Shown here: piece after piece, positions 32,317 to 51,496 of the stretch | How positions within the stretch are numbered: position 1 is the stretch's first letter | Layout of the letters: every line of letters begins with the position of its first letter | Assembly (NCBI RefSeq): GCF_009914755.1 | Contig: NC_060930.1 | DNA: 64,000 nucleotides | Direction: 5' to 3' (one strand) | Origin: the human T2T-CHM13v2.0 reference genome, Homo sapiens | Notes under the pieces: generated by a model | Told to the model about the DNA's origin: nothing | The model's database searches: none | The model's input: the letters and a program-made list of their open reading frames with translations, nothing else | Made by a program: the position numbers and the translations under genes

Positions 32317-32554
32317 GTGAGTATTAATACATTTATAACATGTTGTAATTTTTCATCCTCTGAAATTTTGTTTTTAATGGTACAGCTTCTCTCAGTAATG
32401 AATTAAATATTTAGTAGTACTGGTTTTCTTATATATAAGCTCTAGCTTATAAATTCTCATGTGTCTTGCAAGAAGATAAATTTAAAGCAGATTATATGCA
32501 TTTTAACATGTTGGCATATGAAATATGCTAATGTATTTCTCTTTAAATCTGTAG

Positions 32555-32622
32555 CACTGGTGCCTAATGACAGCCATGAGGAACTTCCATGCATATTAGA
32601 TATTGACATGTTTCATTTATTG
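32555..32622 (+). CDS. UBR2: UBR2 exon ~38 (LVPNDSHEELPCILDIDMFHLL)
   Basis: tgtag| and TTG|gtgggt, 68 nt. Confidence 0.94.
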
Positions 32623-32910
32623 GTGGGTATTGTGCAGTTTGTTTGGACTTCTACGTCATACTATGTAACTTTACCTTAGGTTTGGTGAGCAGTGTAGTGG
32701 CAGACAGGAAGGAGTTATGTGATTTCCTTACCCCTTCTGAGTATAATTCTTTTATGAGAAACCTCAAAAAGAAAATATTTAGGAACCTAGTTGAGAGACT
32801 TGACCTGGTTATCGAGACGTCCTCTGACTCTTATTTTGCTTTATGGCTGAGGTTAGTATTTTAACCTCTCTGTGCTTTTAACCTGTAAAGAGATAAAAAC
32901 ACCAGCAACG

Positions 32911-33201
32911 GGTCAGGTGTGGTGACTCATGCCTGTAATCCCAGCACTTTGCGAGGCTCACCCCAGATCACTTGAGGTCAGGAGTTTGAGAGCAGCCTTG
33001 CCAACATGGTGAAACCCTATCTCTACTAAAAATACAAAAAATTAGCTGGGCGTGGTGGCACATGCCTGTAATCTCAGCTACTCAGGAAAGTGAGACAGGA
33101 GAATCACTTGAACCCAGGAGGCGGAGGTTGCAGTGACCAAGATTGCATGACTGCACTCCAGCCTGGATGACAGAGCAAGACCCCATCCAAAAAAAAAAAA
33201 A
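32911..33201 (+). mobile_element. Alu
   Basis: full dimer. Confidence 0.88.
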
Positions 33202-34106
33202 CAGCAACAGAAGCACTGCTGCTGGCCCATACAGTGCTTTTGTACATTTTCGAAAATCTGGCAGATACAGCCCTGTGGTCACACTACTTAGCAGCAGAGA
33301 GCCCCTTATAATTCAGGGAAAGGTATGTCCTCTGAGCCAGGACATCCTAGTGCTAAGACACACAGCTGTCCAAATAGTGGGTAGCCAAATTTCAGCCCTA
33401 CCTCAACTGGGTTCCCTTGCACAGGGTACAGAGTGTACTGCCACACCCAGCAGCCCCGAGTGCTGTGCCTTTATTCTCTGGACCTCAGATTCTGCCCCTT
33501 TAAGTTGGTTAGTACCTACTTTATATGACTATGTCAGAACTCAGTGAGTTAATCCATGTAACACACTTAGAGCAATATATTCCTAATAAATGCGGCTATT
33601 ACTGTTCTCATTGCTGCAACTAAAACCACCACCACTTATACTGCCATGCAGACAGCAGGAGGCCAACAGAGCTAGCATTTGTGTACCTGCCAGCTTTTAC
33701 ATACGTTCACACTTACATCTCTACAATTTACATGTAACATATTGTCTTTAGTTTACCAATAGGGAAACTGAGGCCTGATCAGAGATATTAATTTGTGTAA
33801 AACAGCTCATAAGAGGAGGAGGTAGGATTCATATCTAGATATTTATGGGTCCAAAACCCATGTTTTTTCAACTGCCTACAGTCCTGGAGAGAGTTCAGAT
33901 ACTGTTTTTGTTAACAATAAGCTATGTATAGAGGACCCACTGGATTAATGAAATCATAGTGCCCATCAAGAGTCCTGTAACTCAAGTCATTTCATGTAGC
34001 CAGTCCTATTGGATTTTCCAACATGGATGCCCTTTCTTTAAGAACAAAGATTTCTTAAAGGGAGGAGCTGAACTCAGGAGGGATCACAGTAAGAAAATGG
34101 AAATGT

Positions 34107-34620
<514 letters not shown>

Positions 34621-35211
34621 GTAACTCTTGCCTTTTTGTCAGTTTCTTGAAGGAAATACTTGAGTTTTCTGAGTTTTAAAAAAAGTATTAGAGGAAAAGG
34701 TATTTGGATGAGAATAACACATGAATAAGGCTGTTTTTTTCTGTGTATCTTCGTATGAAAAGTTTTGAAACATTTCTTTCTCCTCTTAAAATTTCCTAGT
34801 AATGTGAATGTTTCTAGTTTTAATTTCATACATTCAGTAATATTTGTGTAGAATAGTAATTAAATCTTTTAGAATCTTATGTTTTAGAATGCCAATTTTG
34901 TTTTAACTTACATGTTTGTTAATGCCCACATGAATTCATCATTAAATTACGTTTTGCATTCAAAATTCTTGTTTTTCATACACTTTAAGACTATATTTAT
35001 TTGATTTTACTTAAAACATGCCAGCTGGCTGTTTGGTTTGATTGAGATCAATACTGTGCTCCCACTTGAGGGATTACAATTTTGCATGTTTTCTAGGAAT
35101 ACTTCATGTTATATGTGAGTTTATGAATATATTTGCATGCTTAATGTCTTCAGTCCTTTTGATAACACTTAATTGGAAAATACAGAGTACTAGTATTTCC
35201 TTATCTTTCAG

Positions 35212-35302
35212 AAGAGAATGGCATGGATCAAGAAAATCCCCCTTGTGAAGAAGAATCAGCAGTTCTTGCTTTGTATAAAACACTTCACCAGTATACGGGA
35301 AG
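35212..35302 (+). CDS. UBR2: UBR2 exon ~40 (ENGMDQENPP...HQYTG)
   Basis: ttcag| and AG|gtgagt, 91 nt. Confidence 0.95.
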
Positions 35303-35924
35303 GTGAGTTAGTTATCTTTACATAACGCATTTCCCTAAATATTGCTAGATGATGATAGCATGAGAAAGGAATTCGTTTGTTAATTAGGGGAATTTGTTGT
35401 CTGTTGACATGTTTTTAAAATAAGACGTGGAGTGATCTGCAGAGCCTTTCTGAACTATTCATATACTAACATAATTGGAAATCTGGGAGAAAGGTGATAA
35501 TATGCAGAGCTTCCCACATTTATTTGGCTGTGGAACCCTTCATTTGCTCAGGGATCTGGCAGAGACTAGAGGATAGATCAAATGTACTTTGGAAAGTTGA
35601 TACTCTAAAACTTATGTTGTCTCATTCAGAATGGGAATTTAAAACTGCAAGTTAAATTGGCATAATTTATTTTTAAGGTAATATTCAGTAGTAGCAGGAA
35701 TAAAATGAAATTATTAGAATTCCATGTATGGTTAGAGTCATGATTTGCTACAAATAGCAATTCAGTAGTTTGCTTAGCTTTCAACAGTATATATGTCAAG
35801 AATCTGTAGTCAGGAACCTATAAAAATGTCTGTTTTTTGACTATCCCATTTCTGAGAACCTACATTAACAAAATAATTCAACATATAGAAAAAAAACATA
35901 TAGGCATATAAAGATGGACACTCC

Positions 35925-36848
<924 letters not shown>

Positions 36849-36967
36849 TCACAACTTTTAAGCATACATGCCATCAGTTCCAAATGACAGTCAAGTCTGT
36901 TTTCACACTATAAGTACAGTGACCTTTTCTTAGTAGATTTCCCAATAATCTTTTTTTTCTTTTTTAG

Positions 36968-37098
36968 TGCCTTGAAAGAAATACCATCCGGCTGGCATCT
37001 GTGGAGGAGTGTCAGAGCTGGAATCATGCCTTTCCTGAAGTGTTCTGCTTTATTTTTTCATTACTTAAATGGAGTTCCTTCCCCACCCGACATTCAAG
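36968..37098 (+). CDS. UBR2: UBR2 exon ~41 (ALKEIPSGWH...PPDIQ)
   Basis: tttag| and AAG|gtaatt, 131 nt. Confidence 0.96.
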
Positions 37099-38152
37099 GT
37101 AATTTATACTTTCTTTCAAAACGTAGGGAGAGTTAGTAATCCTTTACTCCAGCAAATATAAAGATCACTTGCAAAAATGAAAATTGACTAAAAGTTCAAA
37201 GAATAGCTAATTGACTATGGTGATGTACACATTTATAGCATAAAATGTATGTTTATGCATATGTCTCCATTTATTTGGATCTCAGTAAATGACTGTTAAA
37301 CTTCTGTGTAAATGTTTTTACACCTGCAAAGCCCTTCTCCCGTAAAGATCATAGTTTTGCTTTCAGATGTTAAAATGTTCAGTTATGTATTATTCATAAA
37401 CAAGGTTCCTCAGATTTGAAAAGGTGAAAACTGACAATTTCAAGTGATTTTTAACTTGAAACATGCATAGCATTAAAATTTAGAATACCCATAATTGCAC
37501 ATAAATCTGATTTTAATCTGGGAATTGATTTGCTCTTTCATAGTTGTTTTCCATGTTCTGTTTTGATTCATTTCATAAAAGTAGTATGAATGTGGACTTG
37601 ACTGTATCTCTGTATCCCACAGTGCCTGGCACTGGCCGTAGAGTACCTGCATGCAGTGCTACTCTCTGAAAGTTTGTCCACTGGCATTTCCATTTAGCTA
37701 GTTGCCTAGGAACCATATAAAAGAGTTTAGTCTTCCAGATTATTTGCAGTGATGATTAGAGTTGGTATTTAAATCTGTGTCTCGTGGTAAAACCATCTTG
37801 TATTTCTGTATTGGTTGATCCTTTTCCAGAGCACCCATACATTTTTATCATTTAATGTTCACAATAACCCTGTGCAGTAGATTGTGCAGGCACACCATTT
37901 TGCAAATGATAAAGCCGAGACACCAGGACATTGGGACCAGTTTGATGTAGGAGTCGCCTGACTGCACTTGACGCATTGCGTCATTTTCCATGGATTCCTT
38001 CCATGTGCCATTCTGTTAACTTCCTACAAGTTACGTACCTGGCAAATTGGAAGTCTTTCATCCTTTTTTTTTAAACTCTGCTATTGCTTAACTCTCATGC
38101 AGAATATGCCCTTAGTTGTTATATGCACTCTTTTCTTGTTCTTCATTTGCAG

Positions 38153-38261
38153 TTCCTGGAACAAGCCATTTTGAACATTTATGTAGCTATCTTTCCCTAC
38201 CAAACAACCTCATTTGCCTTTTTCAAGAAAATAGTGAGATAATGAATTCACTGATTGAAAG
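38153..38261 (+). CDS. UBR2: UBR2 exon ~42 (PGTSHFEHLC...NSLIE)
   Basis: tgcag| and AG|gtaatg, 109 nt. Confidence 0.96.
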
Positions 38262-38362
38262 GTAATGATTATATACTTTTCTTTGTTGTATTAAATAGCT
38301 CTATGGAACCAAACTTTAGTTATCACATATGTAGCAAAATTCTCAAGTAATGACCCTGGTAG

Positions 38363-39006
<644 letters not shown>

Positions 39007-39157
39007 TTTTCATAGATTTTTAAAGCTGAAAGAACCCTTAAGGCTATCTAGTCCAATACCCTCAACTTTATATTTGAGAAAAGTGAAGTCTAGAGAAATT
39101 GGCCTGTCAATCATGTCAAGTTAGTGACTGAGTTAAATATATGGCTGTTCTGTCCAC

Positions 39158-40860
<1,703 letters not shown>

Positions 40861-40869
40861 AAAAAAAAA

Positions 40870-41142
40870 ATTTTTTTTTTTTTAAGTCTCACTCTGTCAC
40901 CCAGGCTTGAGTGCACTGGCACAGTCACAGCTCATCCTCCTGGGTTCAAGCACTCCTCCTGCCTCAGCTTCCCAAGTAGCTGCGACTACAGGCACATGCC
41001 ACCACACCCAGCTAATTTTTGTATTTTTAGTAGAGAAGGGCTTTTGCCATATTGCCCAGGCTGGTCTCAAACTCCTGGGATCAAGTAATCTTCCCGCCTC
41101 AGCCTCCGAAAGTGCAGGGATTACAGGCATGAGCACCTGGCC
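40870..41142 (-). mobile_element. Alu (J-like)
   Basis: reverse-complement dimer. Confidence 0.85.
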
Positions 41143-41484
41143 AAAAAAGTTTTATTTTTAATATGAATGTTCTAGCTCCAGATAATGTTAGCTTGGCATT
41201 AATACAAATTAATATAGACTAGTTTTTCTAGAGTATCCAAATTAGTAAGATAATGATGTTTATAGTCACAAATTGTATATATTTAAGCATTCTTGCTTTT
41301 AGAAAATATTCTCCTGATTTTAAAAGTTGTAGGCAAAATAGTATTTCTACAGGTTTCTTTTGATGAAGTAAATATGTTAGGTCAAGAATATTATTTTCCT
41401 CTTATTGGCTATGGAGGGGAAAAAATTCTAGTTCTAACCCTTTAAAAGTGTTTTGTGTTTTTTCCCCCTCTGTTTACATTAAAG

Positions 41485-41541
41485 TTGGTGCCGTAACAGT
41501 GAAGTTAAAAGATATCTAGAAGGTGAAAGAGATGCTATAAG
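41485..41541 (+). CDS. UBR2: UBR2 exon ~43 (WCRNSEVKRYLEGERDAI)
   Basis: taaag| and AG|gtaagt, 57 nt. Confidence 0.95.
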
Positions 41542-42049
41542 GTAAGTTAAAGAGCCTCAAAAACTTTATTGAGGTGGGAGAAAGGGTGGAATCAGGATAT
41601 AAGTGCTATATTCCTTCAGAAACTGACTTCTCAAGCCTTTAGTGATTCCAAAAGGTTAAGATATGTTGCCTTCATATTTTCTTCTTAATCTAATGAGAGT
41701 CTATCAAAGTCAGAATTATGAACATAAATATACTACATTCTTGGCAGAGAAAGCAAATAACAAAGTTATATTTTAGGATATTTGCTTTAAAAAATATAAC
41801 ACGTCTCCTAGGTTTTTCTTAGCTCTATTTTTTTCTATCTTTCATTATGGGAAAACTCTCCAGAAGTGTGAAGAGTAAAATAATGAGGCTCCACATACTT
41901 GTCATTCACCTTCAATAACTATCAGTCAAATCATGGCCAGTCATTTCTTATAATTATTTTTTCTTCATTTCTTTTTACATTCTATTCTGATTCTGTAGTA
42001 AAGTGTGCTCTACCAGATCCTAACAAGATGTGTCTCAATTGTTACTATA

Positions 42050-42348
42050 CAAGTTGCGCATCTCTAATCCAAAAATCTGAAATTTGGAATGTCCCCATGA
42101 GCATTCCTTTAAGCATCATGTTGGCACTCAAAAAGTTTCAAATTATGGAGCATTTCAGATTTCAGGTTTTAACAGTAGAGATACTCAACCTGGATTAACA
42201 ATTGAAATGCATTTGTTGTTATCTGGTAGAGTATGCTTTACTACAGAATCCAAACAGAAGTAATGCAAACATTCCAAACTCTAAAAGAATTCAAAACCCA
42301 AAGCACTTCTGGTCCCAAGCATCTCAGATAAGGGACACTCAACCCATA
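42050..42348. mobile_element. Tigger4/MER46-family DNA transposon relic
   Basis: CAAGTTG..ATCTCTAATCCAAAAATCTGAAAT, GATACTCAACCTG and CACTTCTGGTCCCAAGCAT..GATAAGGGA motifs. Confidence 0.7.
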
Positions 42349-42558
42349 TCTCTTAGTTCTGGTAAATACATCGTCCATAAAAGTCAGAAGACTAGAGATT
42401 ATCTGTCCTATTTGTTTGCTTTTACACATCCAGAAATAACACCCCAATTTTATTAGTTTGGACCACATGAAATGTCAATTTTTATCAGTCAAAAATGGTT
42501 GAATATCACAATTTCATGTGATTCCACCCTGACGTCAGAAAACTCTTAATAAATGGAA

Positions 42559-42721
42559 CAGTAATCCTCAACTAGAAGTATACATCAGAATAACCTTGGG
42601 AACTTTTGAAAAAATACTCAGGCCACTACCTACTGAATCTAATTTCTCTAAAGTTAAAGCCCTAGCATGTCTGTCCCCTCAAAATTCCCCCAAGTGATTT
42701 TGATATGATTAAGAACTACTG
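42559..42721. mobile_element. MER5A-like MITE
   Basis: CAGT..TC.TCAA...CATCAGAAT..CCT...CTACTGAATC...AAGAACTACTG. Confidence 0.55.
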
Positions 42722-42724
42722 TCT

Positions 42725-44313
<1,589 letters not shown>

Positions 44314-44506
44314 AGAAGAATATAATAATGTAAGAGCTTAAACATTACCTAGACAGTTGAAGCTCCCCAGCTGTCTCTTCTCTGTTGCCTCTTTCTCCTC
44401 CCTCTGAAGATACCTACTATTCTAAATGGAATATTAAGCATTCCATTCCTATACATTAACTATATAAGTTTCTATTCTTGAGCAGCATGTATTGTTATTT
44501 TGTATG

Positions 44507-46312
<1,806 letters not shown>

Positions 46313-46643
46313 TGACGTTTATAACTTTATTGATTTTTCATTGCTCCATAGTATTTTATTATATGGCAGTGGTACCGTTTATCTTTTTCTCCTATTGATG
46401 ATTTTATTTATTTTTTTTCTCCAGTTACTGATTCTTTTGAGTGTTTCCAGTACATGGTCTTTGTATATATGTGCAAGATGTTTCCTATTCCAGATTCTAG
46501 GAATAAACTTGCATAGACTGTAGGATATACACTTCTTTGGCTTTACTTGATATTGCAGAATTCTTTTCTGGGCTGGTTTTTTCATCACTAGCTCTTTAGC
46601 CACTCTTTAGATCAATGACTTGTGGGTTTTTTATCCCTTGGAG

Positions 46644-46814
46644 GTGCCCGAAATCAGGTGGTGATAAGAGCAGAGCCCCAACTCTGTGCCTTGTGTGCGG
46701 ATCTCTGCTGTGCTCCCAGAGTTACTGCTGCCAGACTGAACTGGAAGGGGAGGATGTAGGAGCCTGCACAGCTCACACCTACTCCTGTGGCTCTGGAGTG
46801 GGCATCTTCCTGAG
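46644..46814 (+). CDS. UBR2: UBR2 exon ~45, Cys-rich C-terminal domain (CLVCGSLLCSQSYCC...)
   Basis: frame requires gag| acceptor; AG|gtaagg donor, 171 nt. Confidence 0.94.
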
Positions 46815-47996
46815 GTAAGGACCTGCAGGGGCTTTTTAGCTTTGGATCTGCCTCAGTATCTGACTGTTAGGGTGTCACAGGAAACTACTATATTGCCAGG
46901 AATTTTGAGACTACTGTTCCGTGTGATTCATTCCAGAAACGTGGAGCTCCTTGTCGCCTCACATCTCACATCTGGTCCATGCCAACTCTGTGTTGGTTCT
47001 TTTATTGTTACCATTCCCACTCCTCTTCCCTCAACCATAGGTGACAGTTCTGTTCTACTTTCTCCATGTCTCCCACTAATGTGAAACTTCTCTGATTTTC
47101 TGAACAAATCCAGTCAGAATTACTCTTTCTGTTATGTCCTCATGGCTTTTGGATTTTACCTCCACTTATACATATTATCACAACTCTACATGCCAGCTTG
47201 TGATTAGTGACTACTATGTACCAGGCATTGAGGATGCAGTAGTCCACAGTGCAAAGATCTCTGCCCTTATGGATGGAGCTTGTTTTGTATGAGAGAGAGG
47301 ACAAGCAAGACTGACAAGAATTTAGATAGTGATATAGGCTAAGGAGAAAAAATAAAGCAGGGAAGGGGAATATGAAATGGCAGCTATGGAGCTAAATTTG
47401 AGATTTAATTTTAGTAGATCAGGGAAGGCTTCCTAAGAACATGACTTCTGAGTAAAGACCTAAAGAAGTGGGAGAACATTCTACTCAGAACATTCTGCAC
47501 AGTTCCTGGGGTAGAAATGTGCCTGTCTGCTCAAGGCAAGGAGGCGCGTGTCACTGGAGTGTTGTGCACAGGTGAGAGAATCCAGGGGCCTGCTGTGTGC
47601 TGGTGACATCTCTGGGCAAGGTGTAAGCCATTTCAGGGTTTGAAGCAGAGGCATGACATGAGTGTGGGCTCCTCTGGAGCATAGGTTGTATCCATAGCTT
47701 AGTCATCCCCCCAGTACCTTGATAATTTCTTATACGTATTAGGTCCTCAATAAATGTCTGTTTAATTGTGCTGTACTATTAATGCCAGAAAAAGGCAAAT
47801 GTCTCAAAGGGATCAGGGGACACAAATTTGACTCGATTCAACCTATTTCCTAGTTTGTGCACAATTTTTTAATGGATAACTTCCTCCTAATAGTGGTTTA
47901 AATATCAGTACTATAAGACTTCATTCTATTTGGAACTGAATACAAATGTTGGTTACTAATGTGTAAATGTGTAACGTATGACTGATCTCTCTACAG

Positions 47997-48098
47997 AGTA
48001 CGGGAATGTCAGGTGCTATTTTTAGCTGGCAAAACCAAAGGCTGTTTTTATTCTCCTCCTTACCTTGATGACTATGGGGAGACCGACCAGGGACTCAG
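47997..48098 (+). CDS. UBR2: UBR2 exon ~46 (VRECQVLFLA...YLDDYGETDQGL)
   Basis: tacag| and AG|gtaaga, 102 nt; conserved YLDxYGETD motif. Confidence 0.96.
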
Positions 48099-49459
48099 GT
48101 AAGAACCCATCCTGAGTTAGCTAACTCAGGGCCTGCAGCGCCCTTCCGTATGTGGTGACGTCCTGAGGGTGGAGGGCTGAGGTGGTTCTGGAAGAGGTGG
48201 CTGTGTTATCTGTGGAGTCTTCCAAGGAGGGTGCCCTGTCAGCCTGGTTTGGTGTTCTTTTCCCAGCCTTCAGAATGCCATGAGGAACATCAGGATAGGT
48301 AAGGGAAGAGAATAGGACAGAGTGCAACTTTATTCCATTTATCACTCCAAAGAACTGTTTGAATTGCCATATAGCATCCCAGCTCAGAGCACTCCAGGGA
48401 TGGCCCACTCTGACTTGTATGGCCTTGTATAGAGGAAGCCCAGTGTTTGAGAAAATCTTAATTGCTAACAAATGTGCTTATTACATTAAAATCTGGGGGA
48501 CAAAGATTTAAAACATAAAGAACAATATAACAATATTTGAGGCTAAGTTACTTCTACTCTGGTAGCTTTAGTATATTGTAAGCTAACAATTCCCCCAAGC
48601 ACTATTAAAGAACTTCTTTCAGACCATCTCTTTTGTCTAAAGGAGGTATAAGTTTTAACCGCCATAGATATGCCTGTCCAGCCTTAAGTAGCAGATGTTA
48701 AAGGCCTAGAAACCCAAGCAAGGTAAGTAGATGAGCTGCCCCAGGCGCTGGACTGCGAGGCTATGCCCATATGCCACCCAGTGCTGGTGCTTCCCACTGT
48801 TCTCAGCGTGGGCTGTTAGGAGGAGGAGAGTCTGATTAGTGAGTGAGAGGATGGCTGTGCTCAGAAACAGGAGCAGAGGTGCCTGGCTCAGGGCACTGGT
48901 CCCAGGCAGGAACCCACCAAAGCTTGCACTTGTGTTTAAATTAGACCTGGAAGTTACTCACATTTGATTGCTTCACTGAGACTGTGGCTGAAAGATTGCA
49001 TCTGAGGAATGTTTTTCTTTTCTTTTCTTTTCTTTTTTCTTTGCACTCTTAGTAAAATCTGTGAGGAATATTTTTACTCCTATAATTCTTCTTTTGTGTT
49101 CTCCTCTGCCCTCTTCCCTTTTTACACGTTACCAACAAAATGGGCAATGAATTGGTAGTTTTAGCCTCTCAACCCAGACCCTCCTTATCCCCCGCAACCT
49201 CTATTCCCTCACCTCACTCCGGGTAAGTCTGGTTTGTGTACCTTTCCTTCCTCATTTCAGCACTTATTCCCTTTTACCTGCTCTTGGCAAAGGGTCAGAG
49301 CTGATGTTTTTGTTAATAGCCACAGTCACCTGCCAGACAGAAATGTTGCAGGGAGTCTAAAACCAATAACTTGTAACCTTGCCTAAATCAGGAAGGGTTG
49401 GGTTATAATAGAGGAATAAACAGAACACATTCTGAGTGACACGTGTCTTCTCTTTCTAG

Positions 49460-49601
49460 ACGGGGAAATCCTTTACATTTATGCAAAGAGCGATTCAAGA
49501 AGATTCAGAAGCTCTGGCACCAACACAGTGTCACAGAGGAAATTGGACATGCACAGGAAGCCAATCAGACACTGGTTGGCATTGACTGGCAACATTTATA
49601 A
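49460..49601 (+). CDS. UBR2: UBR2 terminal exon, coding part (RGNPLHLC...IDWQHL*)
   Basis: tctag| acceptor; TAA at 49599-49601. Confidence 0.96.
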
Positions 49602-50332
49602 TTATTGCACCACCAAAAAACACAAACTTGGATTTTTTTAACCCAGTTGGCTTTTTAAGAAAGAAAGAAGTTCTGCTGAATTTGGAAATAAATTCTTTAT
49701 TTAAACTTTCCTTCCCAGTTTTATAGTTTCTGGTTCTGAGGACTGATGAAAATCATCTTCCATCAGCAGATTTTCTTGCACTGTTTGCTGTGCCCCTCAA
49801 ATATAATGTCTTGGGTTTTAAGATCGAGCAAGGAGCTTCTCTTCCTAGATTGGATCCCAGCCCCTTTGTGGGGGTCTGACTGCATAGTCCCAGCCATTAT
49901 GTGATATTTCACGTTATTGATGATAGTGAACCGTGGGTCCGAAGCTGACTCAACGGAGGCAGGGAACAAAGTCTCTGTGGTCTGTTGGGTCATACTTCCT
50001 GGTTCCACTGAGTGGCCCAACACTGGGACTGGGTTGGTGTCCCCTCTGCTGACAGGACCCTACTCCTAGGAGCAAAGTGGTTGATTTTGAAGGCAGTGTT
50101 CCCTTCTCTCCATTGACTATGAGAGAGTTGGGGGACACACATGCAGAAGAAGCCCGTGGGGAGAAGGTGGATTCCTGGTGTGCTGGCTGGTTTTTCAGGG
50201 CTGTTAGAGGTTTTTTTTTTTTTCTTTTTCTTTTTTATGGCAAGACTTTTGGCTTTGAGAAAACTCACTTAGAGGGCTTTCCAAAAACTTAGGATGGTCT
50301 AAAAAATTAGGATATTCTTTTAGAATTAGGAA

Positions 50333-50623
50333 GAAAAATTAGGATATTCTAAAAGAATATGGATTAAAAATTTAGGATATTCTTTTAGATATCCTAATAT
50401 CTAGATGAGAGGCCTTCCTTCATAAGATCTGGTTGTTTGGGCTGTGGTTGGCATAAGTGATATTTATTTTGGCCTCTGTCACATCCAGTTTCTTGAGCTT
50501 TTAAGGTAAGCTTCTTTTGGCTTTTTTTCAGATGTTCACCAAGCTTAAGTTTAAAATAATAGGTATTCTAAAAGAGTATCCTAATTTTCTTATCTGTATT
50601 CTTTTAGAATACCCTAATGTTTC
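50333..50623. repeat. 62-nt inverted repeat pair (50333-50394 / 50562-50623)
   Basis: ungapped reverse-complement alignment, 51/62 identical. Confidence 0.9.
50411..50561 (+). repeat. 151-nt direct repeat, copy 1 (copy 2 at 51346-51496)
   Basis: ungapped alignment, 10 mismatches by hand. Confidence 0.95.
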
Positions 50624-51345
50624 AGACAGTGATATTCTCTTGTTATTTCTAAGGCTAAATTGGCAGAGTATATCATCTAAAGCCAAACACTGAAGAAGGT
50701 GAGAACCCACTCCCACCCAGCCAGCATTTCCTGGAACAGACAAGCTGCTGCTTCCTTGCTGGCTCACTTAGTGCATTCCTGGGATGGTCTGGCACCCAGG
50801 CTTTTTATTCTTTTTGATCATTGTTCTTACTGAGGTGCCTTCCTAGAACAAGAGCCACTTACAAAATAGCTTATAATTATTATGTACCACACAACTACTA
50901 TTGTTTGATGTATGACTGCTGAGAGCTTGAATACATGCAGAGAGTGACTGAAGACTTAGTAGAGGAATAAATTCTGAGCCTGTCTAAGGTGGGGCTAAGG
51001 AACAGATGAGTAATAAGAGGCTCTTGGATTTTTTTAACCAATGCAACTGACCCTTTCAATCAGTTTTCTTTGAATTACATCTACAAGTTTTGTTCCACTC
51101 AGCTACCAGTCAACTAGGCATGCTCCACAGTATCACAGGAAGAAGGTCAGAAATCTGGAACTGAAGCTAAAAGAAGTGAGGATGTAGAAGCCACATTCCT
51201 CTCCAAGGTAGTGTGTGAAAGAACCGCCCCCTCTTGACAGGAGGATGACCGTCGCCATTCTTGCGTGGGACTGACTCACCCAGCTGAGAGGAGGACCAAT
51301 AGAAAGAAAATTCACATTTGAGTCCACCTCTCTCCCCCTTTTTCT

Positions 51346-51496
51346 GGCCTTCATTCATAAGATCTGGTTGTTTGGGCTGTAGGTGGCATAATTCATGTTT
51401 ATTTTGGCCTCTGTCACATCCAGTTTCTTTAGCTTTTAAGGTAAGCTTCTTTTGGCTTTTTTTCATATGTTCACCAAGCTAAAATTTAAAATAATA
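51346..51496 (+). repeat. 151-nt direct repeat, copy 2
   Basis: see copy 1; offset 935 nt. Confidence 0.95.

Noticed and set aside
32620-32628. Intron start GTGGGT mimicking next exon start GTGGGC
   Set aside because: Causes alignment ambiguity only; the GT-AG rule and frame fix the junction at 32622/34485
42050-42192. Quasi-palindrome suggesting a miRNA hairpin
   Set aside because: Explained by the internal inverted repeats of the Tigger4/MER46 element
50280-50630. Spaced short repeats as a CRISPR-like array
   Set aside because: Eukaryotic UTR, irregular spacing, mixed orientation, no unique spacers or cas genes
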